DNA of 64,000 nt. Source: Chloroflexota bacterium (GTDB lineage Bacteria; Chloroflexota; Dehalococcoidia; Lucifugimonadales; JADFKI01). The translations under genes were made by a program, and so were the position numbers. How positions within the stretch are numbered: position 1 is the first letter of the stretch; the number at the start of each line of letters is the position of its first letter. Location of the stretch: the NCBI GenBank assembly GCA_027623195.1, contig JAQBUT010000012.1, positions 1 through 64,000 of the forward strand, given 5' to 3'. Below the pieces are notes generated by a model that worked only from the letters and a program-made list of their open reading frames with translations, was not told where the DNA came from and did no database searches. Below are positions 27,147 to 37,748 of the stretch, piece after piece.

Positions 27147-27280
27147 TCTAATAAGACATTAAAGCCTCATTAATTTTCTGTTCACATTCAACCGTTACGC
27201 TGTAATTGAAGCTTAGGCTCAGGTTGTGCTTCGGTATGTTGTTAATCTTTCGTTAACAATGTGTTCAATAGCCCCTAATG
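27147..27280 (+). promoter_or_regulatory. Two PHO-box-like arrays upstream of pstS
   Basis: 11-bp-period repeats CTAATA/TTAAAG/TTAATT/TTCACA at 27148, 27159, 27170, 27181 and GTTAAT/GTTAAC/GTTCAA/CCTAAT at 27241, 27252, 27263, 27274. Confidence 0.65.
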
Positions 27281-27306
27281 AAGGGTGATTACAGTTAGGA
27301 GTAACT

Positions 27307-28296
27307 ATGTTGATTTCATTAATTGGGCGAATTTTCAAAAATCCTTCCAGCCGATTGGGCACAGCCACCCTGCTAGTCCTCATACTTTCTGCTGGCATGG
27401 CATGTGGCGGGTCCACTGGGACGGGTGCCGGTGATGGCACAGGCCAACCCTCATCAGGGTCTGGCGTTAGTGGTCAAATAGAGATAGATGGTTCTAGCAC
27501 CGTGTTCCCAATTACCGAAGCTGTCGCAGAGGAGTTTCGAAATAGCCATCCAAACGTGCAGGTTAACGTGGGCGTTTCTGGGACGGGCGGAGGGTTCAAA
27601 AGATTTATAGAAGGTCAGATTGACATCAACGACGCGTCGCGGCCCATCAAGCCCTCGGAATCGGGCACTGCTGCAGAAAATGGTGTTGAGTACCTGGAGT
27701 TGGAGGTCGCCATAGACGGTCTCGCGGTTATGGTTAGCCCTCAGAACGACTTCGTGGAGTGCCTGACTGTGGAGCAGCTAAAGACCATCTGGGAGCCGGG
27801 CAGCTCGGTGAAAACATGGAATGACGTGGACCCTACCTGGCCCAACAATGGGCTGAATCTTTATGGCCCAGGGACTGACTCCGGTACTTTCGATTACTTC
27901 ACAGAAGTAGTAATGGGCGAGGCTCAGGCGAGTCGACCCGATTACTCGGCCAGCGAAGACGACAATGTTCTGGTGCAGGGTATTGGCGGCGACCGCAACG
28001 CGTTGGGTTACTTTGGGTACGCCTACTACATCGAAAATGTCGACAAGCTAAAGATAGTGGCCATTGACGCGGGGGCCGGTTGCGTAAAGCCGACTGCCGA
28101 GACCATCGAGAACGGCAAATACCAGCCACTATCCCGCCCGCTATTAATTTACATCAACAAGGCAAGTCTGGAAAAACCTGACGTAAATGCTTTCCTGAGA
28201 TTCTACATGGAGAACGGCGCCGAATTGGCTGAGGAAGTTGGGTACATCCGTTTGTCAGAGCAGGAATATAAGAACAACATTGCCCTGTTACAGTAG
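27307..28296 (+). CDS. pstS: Phosphate ABC transporter substrate-binding lipoprotein
   Basis: [23 protein letters not shown] and YQPLSRPL motifs; lipobox GMAC. Confidence 0.95.
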   Translation: MLISLIGRIFKNPSSRLGTATLLVLILSAGMACGGSTGTGAGDGTGQPSSGSGVSGQIEIDGSSTVFPITEAVAEEFRNSHPNVQVNVGVSGTGGGFKRFIEGQIDINDASRPIKPSESGTAAENGVEYLELEVAIDGLAVMVSPQNDFVECLTVEQLKTIWEPGSSVKTWNDVDPTWPNNGLNLYGPGTDSGTFDYFTEVVMGEAQASRPDYSASEDDNVLVQGIGGDRNALGYFGYAYYIENVDKLKIVAIDAGAGCVKPTAETIENGKYQPLSRPLLIYINKASLEKPDVNAFLRFYMENGAELAEEVGYIRLSEQEYKNNIALLQ

Positions 28297-28350
28297 TTTT
28301 CGGACAGCCCTCAATGTTTTGATACCCCAAAGGGAATTGAGCGAATAATC

Positions 28351-29313
28351 ATGGAGAGCTCTCTGCCTACGGTAGGGGAATCCAGCCGAGTGGCTAACTC
28401 GGCCAATAACGTTACACCTGCCTTCAGGCGCAGGCGGCGCACTACTATCGAAGGTAGTGTCGTTAAGTGGATATTCTTCGGCTGCGCCTTCATATCCGTA
28501 CTCACTACCATTGGCATAGTATTTACTCTCCTCTCCCAGGCTATAGGCTTCTTCTTCGAGGTATCCGTCTGGGAATTCATATCCGGCACCCGCTGGACTC
28601 CTATACTCAAACCCCAATCTTACGGCGTCCTACCTCTTGTCGGTGGAACCCTGCTGGTGGCAGTTATTGCTGCGGCCGTGGCGTTGCCGTTAGGTCTTTC
28701 GATAGCGATCTTCCTCGCCGAATACGCCCCGGGCAAGGTGCGGCGTATCGTGAAGCCGACATTAGAGGTGCTGGCGGGTGTACCTACCGTTGTATACGGC
28801 TACTTTGCTCTTACGTTCGTTACGCCAATCCTGCGGGGGGTGTTCCCTGACATGCTTGTCTTTAACGCGCTGAGCGCAGGACTGGTAATGGGAATCATGA
28901 TTATTCCGATGGTCTCGTCGTTGAGCGAGGATGCCATGGTGTCAGTGCCACGCTCGCTGAGAAACGCTGCCTTTGCCCTTGGAGCGACGCGATTCGAGGT
29001 TAGCCTGCGAGTGGTGGTACCGGCGGCGTTGTCCGGTATCGTAGCCTCTTTCATACTGGCAATCTCCCGTGCCATTGGCGAAACCATGCTGGTCACCATA
29101 GCCGCTGGTGCGACGCCTAGGCTCACCGGGAATCCACTGGAGAGCATACAGACTATGACTTCCTACATCGTGCAGTTGAGCCTGGGCGAAGCTGCACATG
29201 GGTCGCTAGAGTTCAACACTATATTCGCGGTTGGACTTTTGCTCTTTTTGATGACCCTGGTGATGAATTTGCTTGGCTTCTGGGTGGTGCGGCGATGGAG
29301 GATGAAGTATTGA
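28351..29313 (+). CDS. pstC: Phosphate ABC transporter permease
   Basis: [12 protein letters not shown] and SRAIGETM motifs; operon position. Confidence 0.95.
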   Translation: MESSLPTVGESSRVANSANNVTPAFRRRRRTTIEGSVVKWIFFGCAFISVLTTIGIVFTLLSQAIGFFFEVSVWEFISGTRWTPILKPQSYGVLPLVGGTLLVAVIAAAVALPLGLSIAIFLAEYAPGKVRRIVKPTLEVLAGVPTVVYGYFALTFVTPILRGVFPDMLVFNALSAGLVMGIMIIPMVSSLSEDAMVSVPRSLRNAAFALGATRFEVSLRVVVPAALSGIVASFILAISRAIGETMLVTIAAGATPRLTGNPLESIQTMTSYIVQLSLGEAAHGSLEFNTIFAVGLLLFLMTLVMNLLGFWVVRRWRMKY

Positions 29314-29451
29314 TTTTTTGGGATTTTTGGCCAAGGTACGCTGCCTTGGCTTGCCATTGTGGAATGATCTGATGCAGAAGACATCGTGGTTCTATTGTTG
29401 GGGTAGATGGCAGGGCAATGTTGCTTTGGCCGACCCTTGTAGAAAAAGCTA

Positions 29452-30330
29452 ATGCAAACGACTTCGCAGTTCAACCAGAGGCTGCCGCTTAGAAAGGCCG
29501 TAGGCACGGTCCTTTATTTCGTATTTCTGTCGGCCGTGCTTGTGGGCATCGTCGGACTTGTGGTCCTGTTGACTCAGATACTCATACAGGGAATTCCCTG
29601 GTTGAGCTGGCACTTCATTTCTGGTTTTCCCTCTCGACATGCGGAGGAGGCCGGGCTGCTGTCGGCGCTGACCGGCACAATTTGGCTGATGTTCCTCACG
29701 GCGGTTTTCACGGTGCCCGTTGGTGTGGGCGCGGCCATTTACCTGGAGGAGTACGCCCCCACTAACTGGGTGACGAATCTTATCGAGATCAACCTGTCCA
29801 ATTTGGCCGGAGTGCCTTCAATCGTTTACGGACTGCTAGGTTTGGCTGTGTTTGTGCAGTTCCTTGGCCTGGGCCAAACGTTAATGGCAGGCGCAATGAC
29901 GCTGGCTTTGTTGGTGCTTCCCATCGTTATCCTGGCCTCGCGGGAGGCCATTCGTGCCGTGCCGGATACCCACAGGCTGGCGGCATTCGCTCTGGGGGCC
30001 GACAAGTGGCAGGTAATACGGGGAGTGGTCCTGCCTTCTTCCGTACCGGGTATATTAACGGGAACTATATTGGCAATGTCCAGGGCTATCGGTGAGGCCG
30101 CCCCGATATTGGCTATAAGCGCGCTGGTTTACCTGACGTTTGTCCCTACAAATCCTTTGGATAGATTCACGGTGCTGCCTATACAGATATTCAACTGGGT
30201 GTCCCGACCGCAAGACGAGTTCCGAGGGCTGGCGGCGGCTGGCATCATCGTGTTGCTGGCCATACTTCTTTCCATGAACGCCCTGGCAATTCTGCTCAGA
30301 GACCGCTATCAGGTGAAGGCCGATGACTAA
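29452..30330 (+). CDS. pstA: Phosphate ABC transporter permease
   Basis: [19 protein letters not shown] and RAIGEAAP motifs. Confidence 0.95.
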   Translation: MQTTSQFNQRLPLRKAVGTVLYFVFLSAVLVGIVGLVVLLTQILIQGIPWLSWHFISGFPSRHAEEAGLLSALTGTIWLMFLTAVFTVPVGVGAAIYLEEYAPTNWVTNLIEINLSNLAGVPSIVYGLLGLAVFVQFLGLGQTLMAGAMTLALLVLPIVILASREAIRAVPDTHRLAAFALGADKWQVIRGVVLPSSVPGILTGTILAMSRAIGEAAPILAISALVYLTFVPTNPLDRFTVLPIQIFNWVSRPQDEFRGLAAAGIIVLLAILLSMNALAILLRDRYQVKADD

Positions 30331-31102
30331 CGACAACTCCGACATTGTTCTCAGCGCACGGGACCTTTACGTGCACTACGGAGACTTTCTGGCGCTTAAA
30401 GACATAAACTTGGACATCAAGCGGCATGGTATCACTGCACTAATCGGTCCGTCCGGCTGCGGCAAGAGCACGTTGTTGAGATGCTTTAACCGCATGAACG
30501 ACCTGGTGCAGGACGCTCGTATAGAGGGCGAGATCATGTTTGAGGGGTACAATCTCTACTCGCCGGAGAGGGACGCCACGGAGATACGCTCTCGCATTGG
30601 AATGGTCTTTCAGAGGCCAAATCCCTTCCCCAAGTCCATATACGACAATGTGGCTTTTGGACTGCGCATAAATGGCTACACCGGGAACATGGAAGAGGCA
30701 GTAGAGCGATCCCTGAAGCAGGCAGCTCTGTGGGAAGAGGTTAAGGACAGGCTGAGCCGAAGCGCGCTGACCCTGTCCGGTGGCCAGCAGCAGAGGCTTT
30801 GTATCGCCAGGGCGTTGGCGGTGCAACCCGAGGTCATTCTCATGGATGAGCCTGCTTCGGCTCTAGACCCGATAGCCACGTTGGCTATCGAAGAGTTGAT
30901 TAGGGAACTGAGTAACGATTACACCATCCTTATAGTCACCCATAACATGCAGCAGGCGGCCAGGGTTTCCGACGAGACGGCATTCCTCATGGTCAATGAC
31001 GATCGCGCCGGTTATCTGGTAGAATTTGATGCAACCTCACAGATTTTCACCAATCCCAGCGACGAGCGAACTGAGGCTTATATAACAGGTAGATTTAGCT
31101 AA
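30323..31102 (+). CDS. pstB: Phosphate ABC transporter ATP-binding protein
   Basis: [22 protein letters not shown] and YITGRF motifs. Confidence 0.96.
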   Translation: MTNDNSDIVLSARDLYVHYGDFLALKDINLDIKRHGITALIGPSGCGKSTLLRCFNRMNDLVQDARIEGEIMFEGYNLYSPERDATEIRSRIGMVFQRPNPFPKSIYDNVAFGLRINGYTGNMEEAVERSLKQAALWEEVKDRLSRSALTLSGGQQQRLCIARALAVQPEVILMDEPASALDPIATLAIEELIRELSNDYTILIVTHNMQQAARVSDETAFLMVNDDRAGYLVEFDATSQIFTNPSDERTEAYITGRFS

Positions 31103-31153
31103 TCCACTGGTCCATCATGGACGGCCCTGGCAATTTAAAAAGGAGTGCTCATC

Positions 31154-31819
31154 ATGCCGAGAACAGATTTCGACAGAGACTTGAGAATGCTACAGGATGA
31201 GTTACTGCTGCAGGGCAGCATGACGGAGAAGGCCATTGCCAAGTCCATAACCGCTTTGAAAAGGCGCAACGCCGAGGTGGCTCAAGAGGTCATTGATGAG
31301 GATGACATCATCGACCAGAAGCGGTTCGAAATCGAGGAGCGCTGCATCGATTTAATCGCCACGCAGCAGCCGCTGGCCGGGGACCTTCGTATTCTCATTA
31401 CAGTTTTGCATGTGACCGGCGAGCTGGAACGTATGGGCGACTATGCCGAGGGTATCGCCAAGATCAGCCTTATGATGGGCAACGAGCCTCCCCTCAAGCC
31501 TCTTATCGACATTCCCCGGATGGCCGACAAGTCCATGGATATGCTTCGCCGTAGCCTGGACGCCTTCGTTAACCGAGACGTGGTGGCCTCCATGGGTATC
31601 ATGACGGAGGACGACGAGATCGACGATCTGTACGAGCAGGTATTTCGAGAACTGCTGACGTACATGATGGCCGACCCCGGGGCGGTAAAGCGGGCCACGC
31701 ATCTGTTGTGGGTCGCGCACGACCTGGAGCGCATAGCAGACCGCACCACCAACATCGCCGAGCGGGTAATCTATCTGGTTACAGGCAAGCTGACAGAGGC
31801 AAGCACCCCGGCTGATTAG
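31154..31819 (+). CDS. phoU: Phosphate signalling protein PhoU
   Basis: QQPLAGDLR, ELERMGD and LERIADR..NIAE repeats. Confidence 0.95.
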   Translation: MPRTDFDRDLRMLQDELLLQGSMTEKAIAKSITALKRRNAEVAQEVIDEDDIIDQKRFEIEERCIDLIATQQPLAGDLRILITVLHVTGELERMGDYAEGIAKISLMMGNEPPLKPLIDIPRMADKSMDMLRRSLDAFVNRDVVASMGIMTEDDEIDDLYEQVFRELLTYMMADPGAVKRATHLLWVAHDLERIADRTTNIAERVIYLVTGKLTEASTPAD

Positions 31820-31904
31820 TATTTCCCTACCTGTGTAAAGCAGAGACTCGCCCACGCGGCTGGTCGCATATGACACGGACCTCGCTATCTCGTACAATAC
31901 CTGC

Positions 31905-33212
31905 TTGGTGAATCCGAATTATAGGAAGCGTGCGCAGAGAGTGACCACTCCCAAGACCCCCGCGATGGCTTTGGAAGGCGTCCGAGTCCTGGATTTTTCC
32001 CGAATTTGGGCTGGCCCCCATGCCACCAAGCTACTCGCCGACATGGGCGCTGAGGTCATCAAAGTCGAGTCCACCAGGGCCTGGGACCCGCATCGCATGA
32101 TCATAGGCTCCGGAAACTTGCCTGACGGCGAACTAGGTGACGACCCCTGGAATCGCAGTGGCTGGTTCAACACTCTCCACATGAGCAAGTATGGCGTCAC
32201 TGCGGAGATGCGCCACCCCAAGGGCAAGGCTCTTCTGGAAGAACTGGTCAGCATCAGCGACGTTGTTATCGAGAACTTCCGCGCCGGGCTTATGGAGCGC
32301 AGGGGGTTGGGCTACGACGAGCTGAAGAAGATCCGCCCCGACCTTATCGTTGTGTCCATGCCAGCCTTTGGCAACACTGGACCATGGCGGGATTTCATTC
32401 AATACGGCATTGGCCAGGAGCAGTTGGGGGGCATAGCCTCCATGAACGGCTACCTGGACGATCCCTCGCCAGTGAAGTCCGGCGTGAACTTTGGCGACCC
32501 GATAAGTGGCGCTCATGCGGCAGGCGCGGTGCTTTCTGCCCTCTACCATCGTCGTCGCACAGGTAAGGGCCTCTTTATTGACCTCTCACAGCTTGAGTCG
32601 TCCATAATGACAATTGGAGAGCACCTGTTGGGCTTCCAGATGAATGGACGCAACCCGGGCAATCGAGGCAATCGACATCCAGTGTATGCGCCGCATGGCG
32701 TATACCGATGTGCAGGCGATGACCAGTGGGTAACAATCGCAGTGTCCTCGGATTCCGAATGGCAATCGCTTTGCCAGGTTATGGGCATGCCGGAGTTGGC
32801 TTCAGACTCACGTTTCGCGGACATTTTGGCGAGGCATAAGCATCACGACGAAATCGATGAGATTATCTCCGGTTGGACTCGGGACAAGGATTCCACCGAC
32901 GTGATGAACGACCTGCAGCGCCAGGGGGTTGCCGCCGCCCCTGTCCTCAAGGGCGAGGGCATTTTCAACGATCCCCATGTTCAGGAGCGGGGCGTGTTGG
33001 AGTTTGTGGACCACCCTGCCTTCGGACCCTACTTTATGCCTGGCTTATCTTGGAAAATGTCGGAAACCCCGGGCCGGGTCCGGTGGCATGCACCTATGTT
33101 GGGCGAACACAATTTACGTATATTCGGCGAATTGCTGGGAATGGGGACGGACGCCATCGATGCTCTGTACGCAAATGGTGTAAGCGGAATATCACCAGAG
33201 CTGGGTGAGTAA
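31905..33212 (+). CDS. CaiB/BaiF (family III) CoA-transferase
   Basis: LEGVRVLD, AGP...LADMGAEVIKVE, ENFR and APMLGEHN motifs; true start probably a few codons downstream. Confidence 0.92.
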   Translation: MVNPNYRKRAQRVTTPKTPAMALEGVRVLDFSRIWAGPHATKLLADMGAEVIKVESTRAWDPHRMIIGSGNLPDGELGDDPWNRSGWFNTLHMSKYGVTAEMRHPKGKALLEELVSISDVVIENFRAGLMERRGLGYDELKKIRPDLIVVSMPAFGNTGPWRDFIQYGIGQEQLGGIASMNGYLDDPSPVKSGVNFGDPISGAHAAGAVLSALYHRRRTGKGLFIDLSQLESSIMTIGEHLLGFQMNGRNPGNRGNRHPVYAPHGVYRCAGDDQWVTIAVSSDSEWQSLCQVMGMPELASDSRFADILARHKHHDEIDEIISGWTRDKDSTDVMNDLQRQGVAAAPVLKGEGIFNDPHVQERGVLEFVDHPAFGPYFMPGLSWKMSETPGRVRWHAPMLGEHNLRIFGELLGMGTDAIDALYANGVSGISPELGE

Positions 33213-33340
33213 TAGACATCCGGCAGGTAACGGCCTGGCCCCGCTGGGGCGCGATACCAGCATGCTATTTAGTCCATTGCAAGCTGAATTCGGCCGATTT
33301 CTAGCTAAAATACTGAATTTGGCCATTTTGGGGCTAGCCG

Positions 33341-33369
33341 TTGTTCAAAAAAACAAGGTCTGATATACT
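33341..33369 (+). promoter_or_regulatory. sigma70 promoter of the Mo-hydroxylase operon
   Basis: TTGTTC-17 bp-TATACT with an extended TG. Confidence 0.55.
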
Positions 33370-33605
33370 TATCGCGCTTGTCGACCAGACGCGATGAGGG
33401 GTCGTCTTCAAGCCTGTACGAACGGACGCTTACCCGTTTTCATACCGGGCGAATCTGAGAGATTTACATCGTGGATTCGAGTTTTGAAATCACCGTCCCT
33501 CGGCGGCTGGATGCACTTCACTGAGTTGGCCAATAAAATCTGGTAAAAAGCGGCGCAAGTCGCATGGAAATTTGGAATAGGAAAGTTAAGAAAGGAGGTG
33601 GGCCA

Positions 33606-34478
33606 TTGCATTGGATTGATTACGCAAGCCCCCATTCGGTAAGGGAAGCGGTGGACCTGCTGAACGAAGCGGGCGGAAGTGCTCGTCCTATGGCTGGCGG
33701 GACAGACGTATTGGTGCAGTTGAGGGCCAACGCCCTGCCCGACGTCAACCTGCTAGTGGATATGAAGAACATCCCAGAGTTGAACGAGATGACTATGGAC
33801 CCTGAGGTTGGCTTGACCCTGGGGGCAGCCGTTCCCTGCTACAAGATTTATGGGAACAAGGCCATTGAGCATGCATTTCCTGGTCTGATTGACTGCGCCT
33901 CTTTGATCGGCGGAACGCAGATACAGGGTAGGGCATCGCTGGGCGGCAACCTCTGCAACGCAGCACCTAGCGGAGACTCCATACCTGTAATGATCGCCCT
34001 TGGTGGCGTGGCTCGCATCAGCGGACCAAGCGGTGATCGCGAAGTTCCGTTGGAAGACTTCTGCACCGGTGTCAGGCGGACAGTAATTCAGCAAGGCGAG
34101 ATTCTGGTATCGTTGCACTTCCCTGCACCCGTTGCTAATCAGGGCGCCAATTACATGCGGTTCATCCCCAGAAACGAGATGGACATTGCTGTGGCAGGTG
34201 TAGGTTGCTCTGTTGTGTTAGATAACGGCAACATCAAGTCGGCCAGGGTAGCCCTGTCTTCAGTGGCGCCCACGCCGCTGTACGTTAAAGAGATCGGCGA
34301 CGCCATAGCCGGCAAGCCCGCTAATGAAGAGACACTTAAGCTAGCTGGCCAGATGGCTAAGGATGCTGCTAAGCCTATTACGGACATGCGAGGCACAATT
34401 GAGTACAGAAAGCACTTGTGCGACGTGTTGACGCGACGATCACTGCAAATTGCTATCGACCGAGCCAAGGAGAGTTAA
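33606..34478 (+). CDS. Xanthine dehydrogenase/CoxM-family FAD-binding subunit
   Basis: AGGTD and QIQGRASLGGNLCNAAPSGD motifs; AAGGAGG RBS before TTG 33606. Confidence 0.92.
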   Translation: MHWIDYASPHSVREAVDLLNEAGGSARPMAGGTDVLVQLRANALPDVNLLVDMKNIPELNEMTMDPEVGLTLGAAVPCYKIYGNKAIEHAFPGLIDCASLIGGTQIQGRASLGGNLCNAAPSGDSIPVMIALGGVARISGPSGDREVPLEDFCTGVRRTVIQQGEILVSLHFPAPVANQGANYMRFIPRNEMDIAVAGVGCSVVLDNGNIKSARVALSSVAPTPLYVKEIGDAIAGKPANEETLKLAGQMAKDAAKPITDMRGTIEYRKHLCDVLTRRSLQIAIDRAKES

Positions 34479-34481
34479 TAA

Positions 34482-34952
34482 ATGCCGGCCAAGACTTATG
34501 TACGGACCATAATTAATGGTGAGCATGTCGATTTCCTTTGTGAGCCACGCCAGAGTCTTCTGGAGTGCCTTCGCGATGTGATCGGGCTCACGGGTACCAA
34601 AGAAGGCTGCAACGATGGCAACTGTGGCGCTTGCACTGTCTCAATGGACGGTCGGATTGTTACGGCCTGCTTAGTGCTGGGCGTTGAAGCCGAGGGCAAG
34701 GAAATAACCACCATCGAGGGTATCGCCAAAGGCAGCCAGCTACACCCGGTTCAGCAGGCGTTCCTGGAAAACGCGGCGCTTCAGTGTGGTATCTGCACGC
34801 CAGGGTTTATCGTCTCCTCTGTGGCATTGCTGGAGAAAATCCCGCAGCCTTCGGAGCATCAGATTCGATTCTGGTTGGCCAATAACCTGTGCCGTTGCAC
34901 GGGTTACGACAAGATCGTTCGAGCGGTTCAGGATGCCGCAACCAAAATGTAG
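34482..34952 (+). CDS. 2Fe-2S subunit (CoxS-family)
   Basis: GCNDGNCGAC...C and QCGICTPG...CRCTGY motifs. Confidence 0.95.
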   Translation: MPAKTYVRTIINGEHVDFLCEPRQSLLECLRDVIGLTGTKEGCNDGNCGACTVSMDGRIVTACLVLGVEAEGKEITTIEGIAKGSQLHPVQQAFLENAALQCGICTPGFIVSSVALLEKIPQPSEHQIRFWLANNLCRCTGYDKIVRAVQDAATKM

Positions 34953-34964
34953 GGAGAGGTTTTG

Positions 34965-37244
34965 ATGACCACCACCGACTATGAGCGGAATATCGTCCTG
35001 TCCAACGTCGAGTACAATGTCGTCGGGACGCGACCGGTTCGCCCCGACGGCGCGGACAAGGTTACAGGTCGTGCGCTTTATGGTGCCGACTTTGATACTT
35101 CGGGCCTATTACACGGAAAGGTACTGAGGAGCCCGCACGCCCATGCCAGGATAAGGTCAATCGACACCAGCAAGGCAGAGGCTTTGCAGGGCGTTTTGGC
35201 CGTGGTCACGGGCAAAGATATGCCCCACGAGGCGGACGAGAGCGACGGCACCAAGTACTCTCGCGACAACATTCTTGCCAGCGACAAGGTCCTGTATAAG
35301 GGACACGCCGTGGCTGCGGTTGCGGCCACCAATCCTCATGTCGCCGAAGAGGCTATTGGCCTGATTGAGGTGGACTACGAGGTACTGAAGCCGGTATTGA
35401 CTGCCCCTGAGGCGATGAAGGACAGCGCTCCCATACTTCACGAGGGTTTGAAGACCGAGGAACTTGGGGAGAAGACCGATAAGGTCAGCAACATTGCCAA
35501 TCATTTTCAGCACGTGAAGGGCGACATAGCCAAGGGATTCGCCGACGCGGACGTAGTGGTGGAGCGCGAATACAACACTGTAACCGTGCATCAGGGGTAC
35601 ATTGAGCCCCACGGCGCTACGGCGCTCTGGAACACCGACGGTCGCCTGCACATCTGGTGCAGCACCCAGGGGGCTTTCACGGCAAGGGACGCCACCGCTG
35701 GGATTTTGGGCGTACCAGTCTCGCAGGTCAGGGTCACGCCTATGGAGATCGGCGGAGGTTTCGGAGGCAAGATTCCTGTCTACGTAGAGCCCATCGCTGC
35801 TCTGCTGTCCAAGAAGAGTGGACACGCCGTTAAGGTTGTTATGAGTCGGGCCGAAGTTTTCGAGTCCACCGGTCCTACCAGCGGCTCCAATATCAGGATC
35901 AAGGTAGGCGCCAAAAACGACGGCACTATTACTGCCCTCCAGGGTTACCTCGCCTTCGAGGCTGGGGGCTATCCCGGATCTCCGGTGAATGCAGGAGCGA
36001 TCTGCATATTCGCAGCCTATGACGTGGACAACGTCCTGATCGATGGCTACGACGTGGTTGTAAACAAGCCCAAGTCGGCTCCTTACAGAGCGCCAGGCGC
36101 TCCTAACGCGGCCTTTGCTTGCGAGCAGGCCATTGACGAGCTGGCAGGTAAGCTGGGCATGGACCCCATAGACCTAAGATTAAAGAATGCTGCCGTAGAG
36201 GGCACTCGCCGACCGGACGGACCAGCCTTCCCCCGAATTGGTTGTGTCGAAGTCCTGGAGGCGATGAAGAACCACCCTCACTACAGCGCACCTCTCGGTC
36301 CTAACCAGGGCCGGGGCGTTGCCATCGGGTACTGGTTCAACATAGGATTCCAGTCCAGCGTCAACATCAATGTGAACTCTGACGGGACCATTAGCCTTAT
36401 TGAAGGCTCAACAGACATCGGTGGCACTCGGGCCTCTATATCCATGCAGGCCGCGGAGGTCTTGGGCATTCCGATGGAGGATGTCCGTCCTTCAGTGGTC
36501 GACACAGACTCGATCGGATTCACAGCCGTTACCGGTGGAAGCCGAACCACATTTGCCACAGGTTGGGCTGCCTACGAGGCCGCTCAGGACGTTGCGCGGC
36601 AGATGATCGAAAGGGCGGCAACCATTTGGGACGTGGACAAGGACGGCATCGAGTTGAAGAATGGTGTCTTCCAATCCAAGGCTGACCCGGAACTGAAGAT
36701 GACCTTTAAGGAACTTTCGGGGCAACTGCTCGACACCGGCGGAACTGTAGTCGGTCGGGCCAGTATGAACGCAGGCGGTCTAGGCGCTGGTGGCGGGTCC
36801 TTCGCCGGCAACATTGTCGACGTAGAAGTGGATCCGGACACCGGAAAGACTTTAGTGACACGCATGACTGCCATTCAGGACGCTGGTAAGGCCATTCACC
36901 CAAGCTATGTGGAAGGCCAGATGCAGGGCGGTAGCGTGCAGGGTATTGGTTGGGCGCTGAACGAGGAGTACTACATGCGGGATGATGGCTCAATGGCCAA
37001 CACCTCGTTGTTGGACTACCGCATGCCCACCAGCCTGGACATCCCAATGATCGACACGGTCATTGTGGAGGTCGCCAGTGCTGAACATCCGTATGGCGTA
37101 CGTGGCGTGGGCGAGGCCAACATCGTGCCTCCAACGCCGGCCATAGCCAACGCCGTGCATAGTGCCATAGGCATCCGGATGGCGAACCTGCCGATTAATT
37201 CGGTGGCCATTATGGAAGCCAAGTGGAAGCAACAAGGGAATTAA
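34965..37244 (+). CDS. Xanthine dehydrogenase-family molybdopterin-binding subunit
   Basis: RSPHAHA, IGGGFGGK, PYRAPG, EGQMQGG and RGVGE motifs. Confidence 0.95.
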   Translation: MTTTDYERNIVLSNVEYNVVGTRPVRPDGADKVTGRALYGADFDTSGLLHGKVLRSPHAHARIRSIDTSKAEALQGVLAVVTGKDMPHEADESDGTKYSRDNILASDKVLYKGHAVAAVAATNPHVAEEAIGLIEVDYEVLKPVLTAPEAMKDSAPILHEGLKTEELGEKTDKVSNIANHFQHVKGDIAKGFADADVVVEREYNTVTVHQGYIEPHGATALWNTDGRLHIWCSTQGAFTARDATAGILGVPVSQVRVTPMEIGGGFGGKIPVYVEPIAALLSKKSGHAVKVVMSRAEVFESTGPTSGSNIRIKVGAKNDGTITALQGYLAFEAGGYPGSPVNAGAICIFAAYDVDNVLIDGYDVVVNKPKSAPYRAPGAPNAAFACEQAIDELAGKLGMDPIDLRLKNAAVEGTRRPDGPAFPRIGCVEVLEAMKNHPHYSAPLGPNQGRGVAIGYWFNIGFQSSVNINVNSDGTISLIEGSTDIGGTRASISMQAAEVLGIPMEDVRPSVVDTDSIGFTAVTGGSRTTFATGWAAYEAAQDVARQMIERAATIWDVDKDGIELKNGVFQSKADPELKMTFKELSGQLLDTGGTVVGRASMNAGGLGAGGGSFAGNIVDVEVDPDTGKTLVTRMTAIQDAGKAIHPSYVEGQMQGGSVQGIGWALNEEYYMRDDGSMANTSLLDYRMPTSLDIPMIDTVIVEVASAEHPYGVRGVGEANIVPPTPAIANAVHSAIGIRMANLPINSVAIMEAKWKQQGN

Positions 37245-37341
37245 GTTAATCCGGGTCTAGGGGCTGGCGTTCAGTGCGGACTTTCGCTTATTGTGAGAAT
37301 CGGCGTTGGTCGTCGGCCCCTATGACCTTTAAGAGGCGAGT

Positions 37342-37611
37342 ATGGCAACTGTATTCATACCCTCTCTAATGCAGGGCCTCACCGACGGTAAGCACGAGGT
37401 GCAGATCGAAGGGGCGACGGTTCGGCAGATCATCAACAACCTGGAAGTGGCGTTCCCCGGTATGAAGGAGCGGCTTCTAGACAAAGACCATATGAAGCCC
37501 AACATATCAGTAGCCGTGGATGGAGAGGTGACTCCGCTGGGCATGCTGGCGAAGGTGGGCGAAAACAGCGAGGTGCACTTCCTGCCGGCCATAGGTGGGG
37601 GCGTTCGCTAG
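37342..37611 (+). CDS. MoaD/ThiS-family sulfur carrier protein
   Basis: Ubiquitin-like pattern ending EVHFLPAIGGGVR. Confidence 0.88.
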   Translation: MATVFIPSLMQGLTDGKHEVQIEGATVRQIINNLEVAFPGMKERLLDKDHMKPNISVAVDGEVTPLGMLAKVGENSEVHFLPAIGGGVR

Positions 37612-37748
37612 TGCGATCTCGTTATAGTCCTCGGTCGTTGGCGAATGCGGCGAGAGGCAACAAATTTGCAACTTAGGGCCGATGCCGTTTCAAGGCATCG
37701 GCCCGTCATGTTTATTCGAAGGTTATTGACAGCCGTAGGAGGTTACAA

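Noticed and set aside
33395..33490. CTTCAAG and GATTCGAG suggesting tRNA-Sec
   Set aside because: No cloverleaf, acceptor stem or canonical anticodon and T loops could be built.
34965..37244. Aerobic CO dehydrogenase (coxL)
   Set aside because: The active-site loop is PYRAPG, not AYxCSFR (form I) or AYRGAGR (form II).
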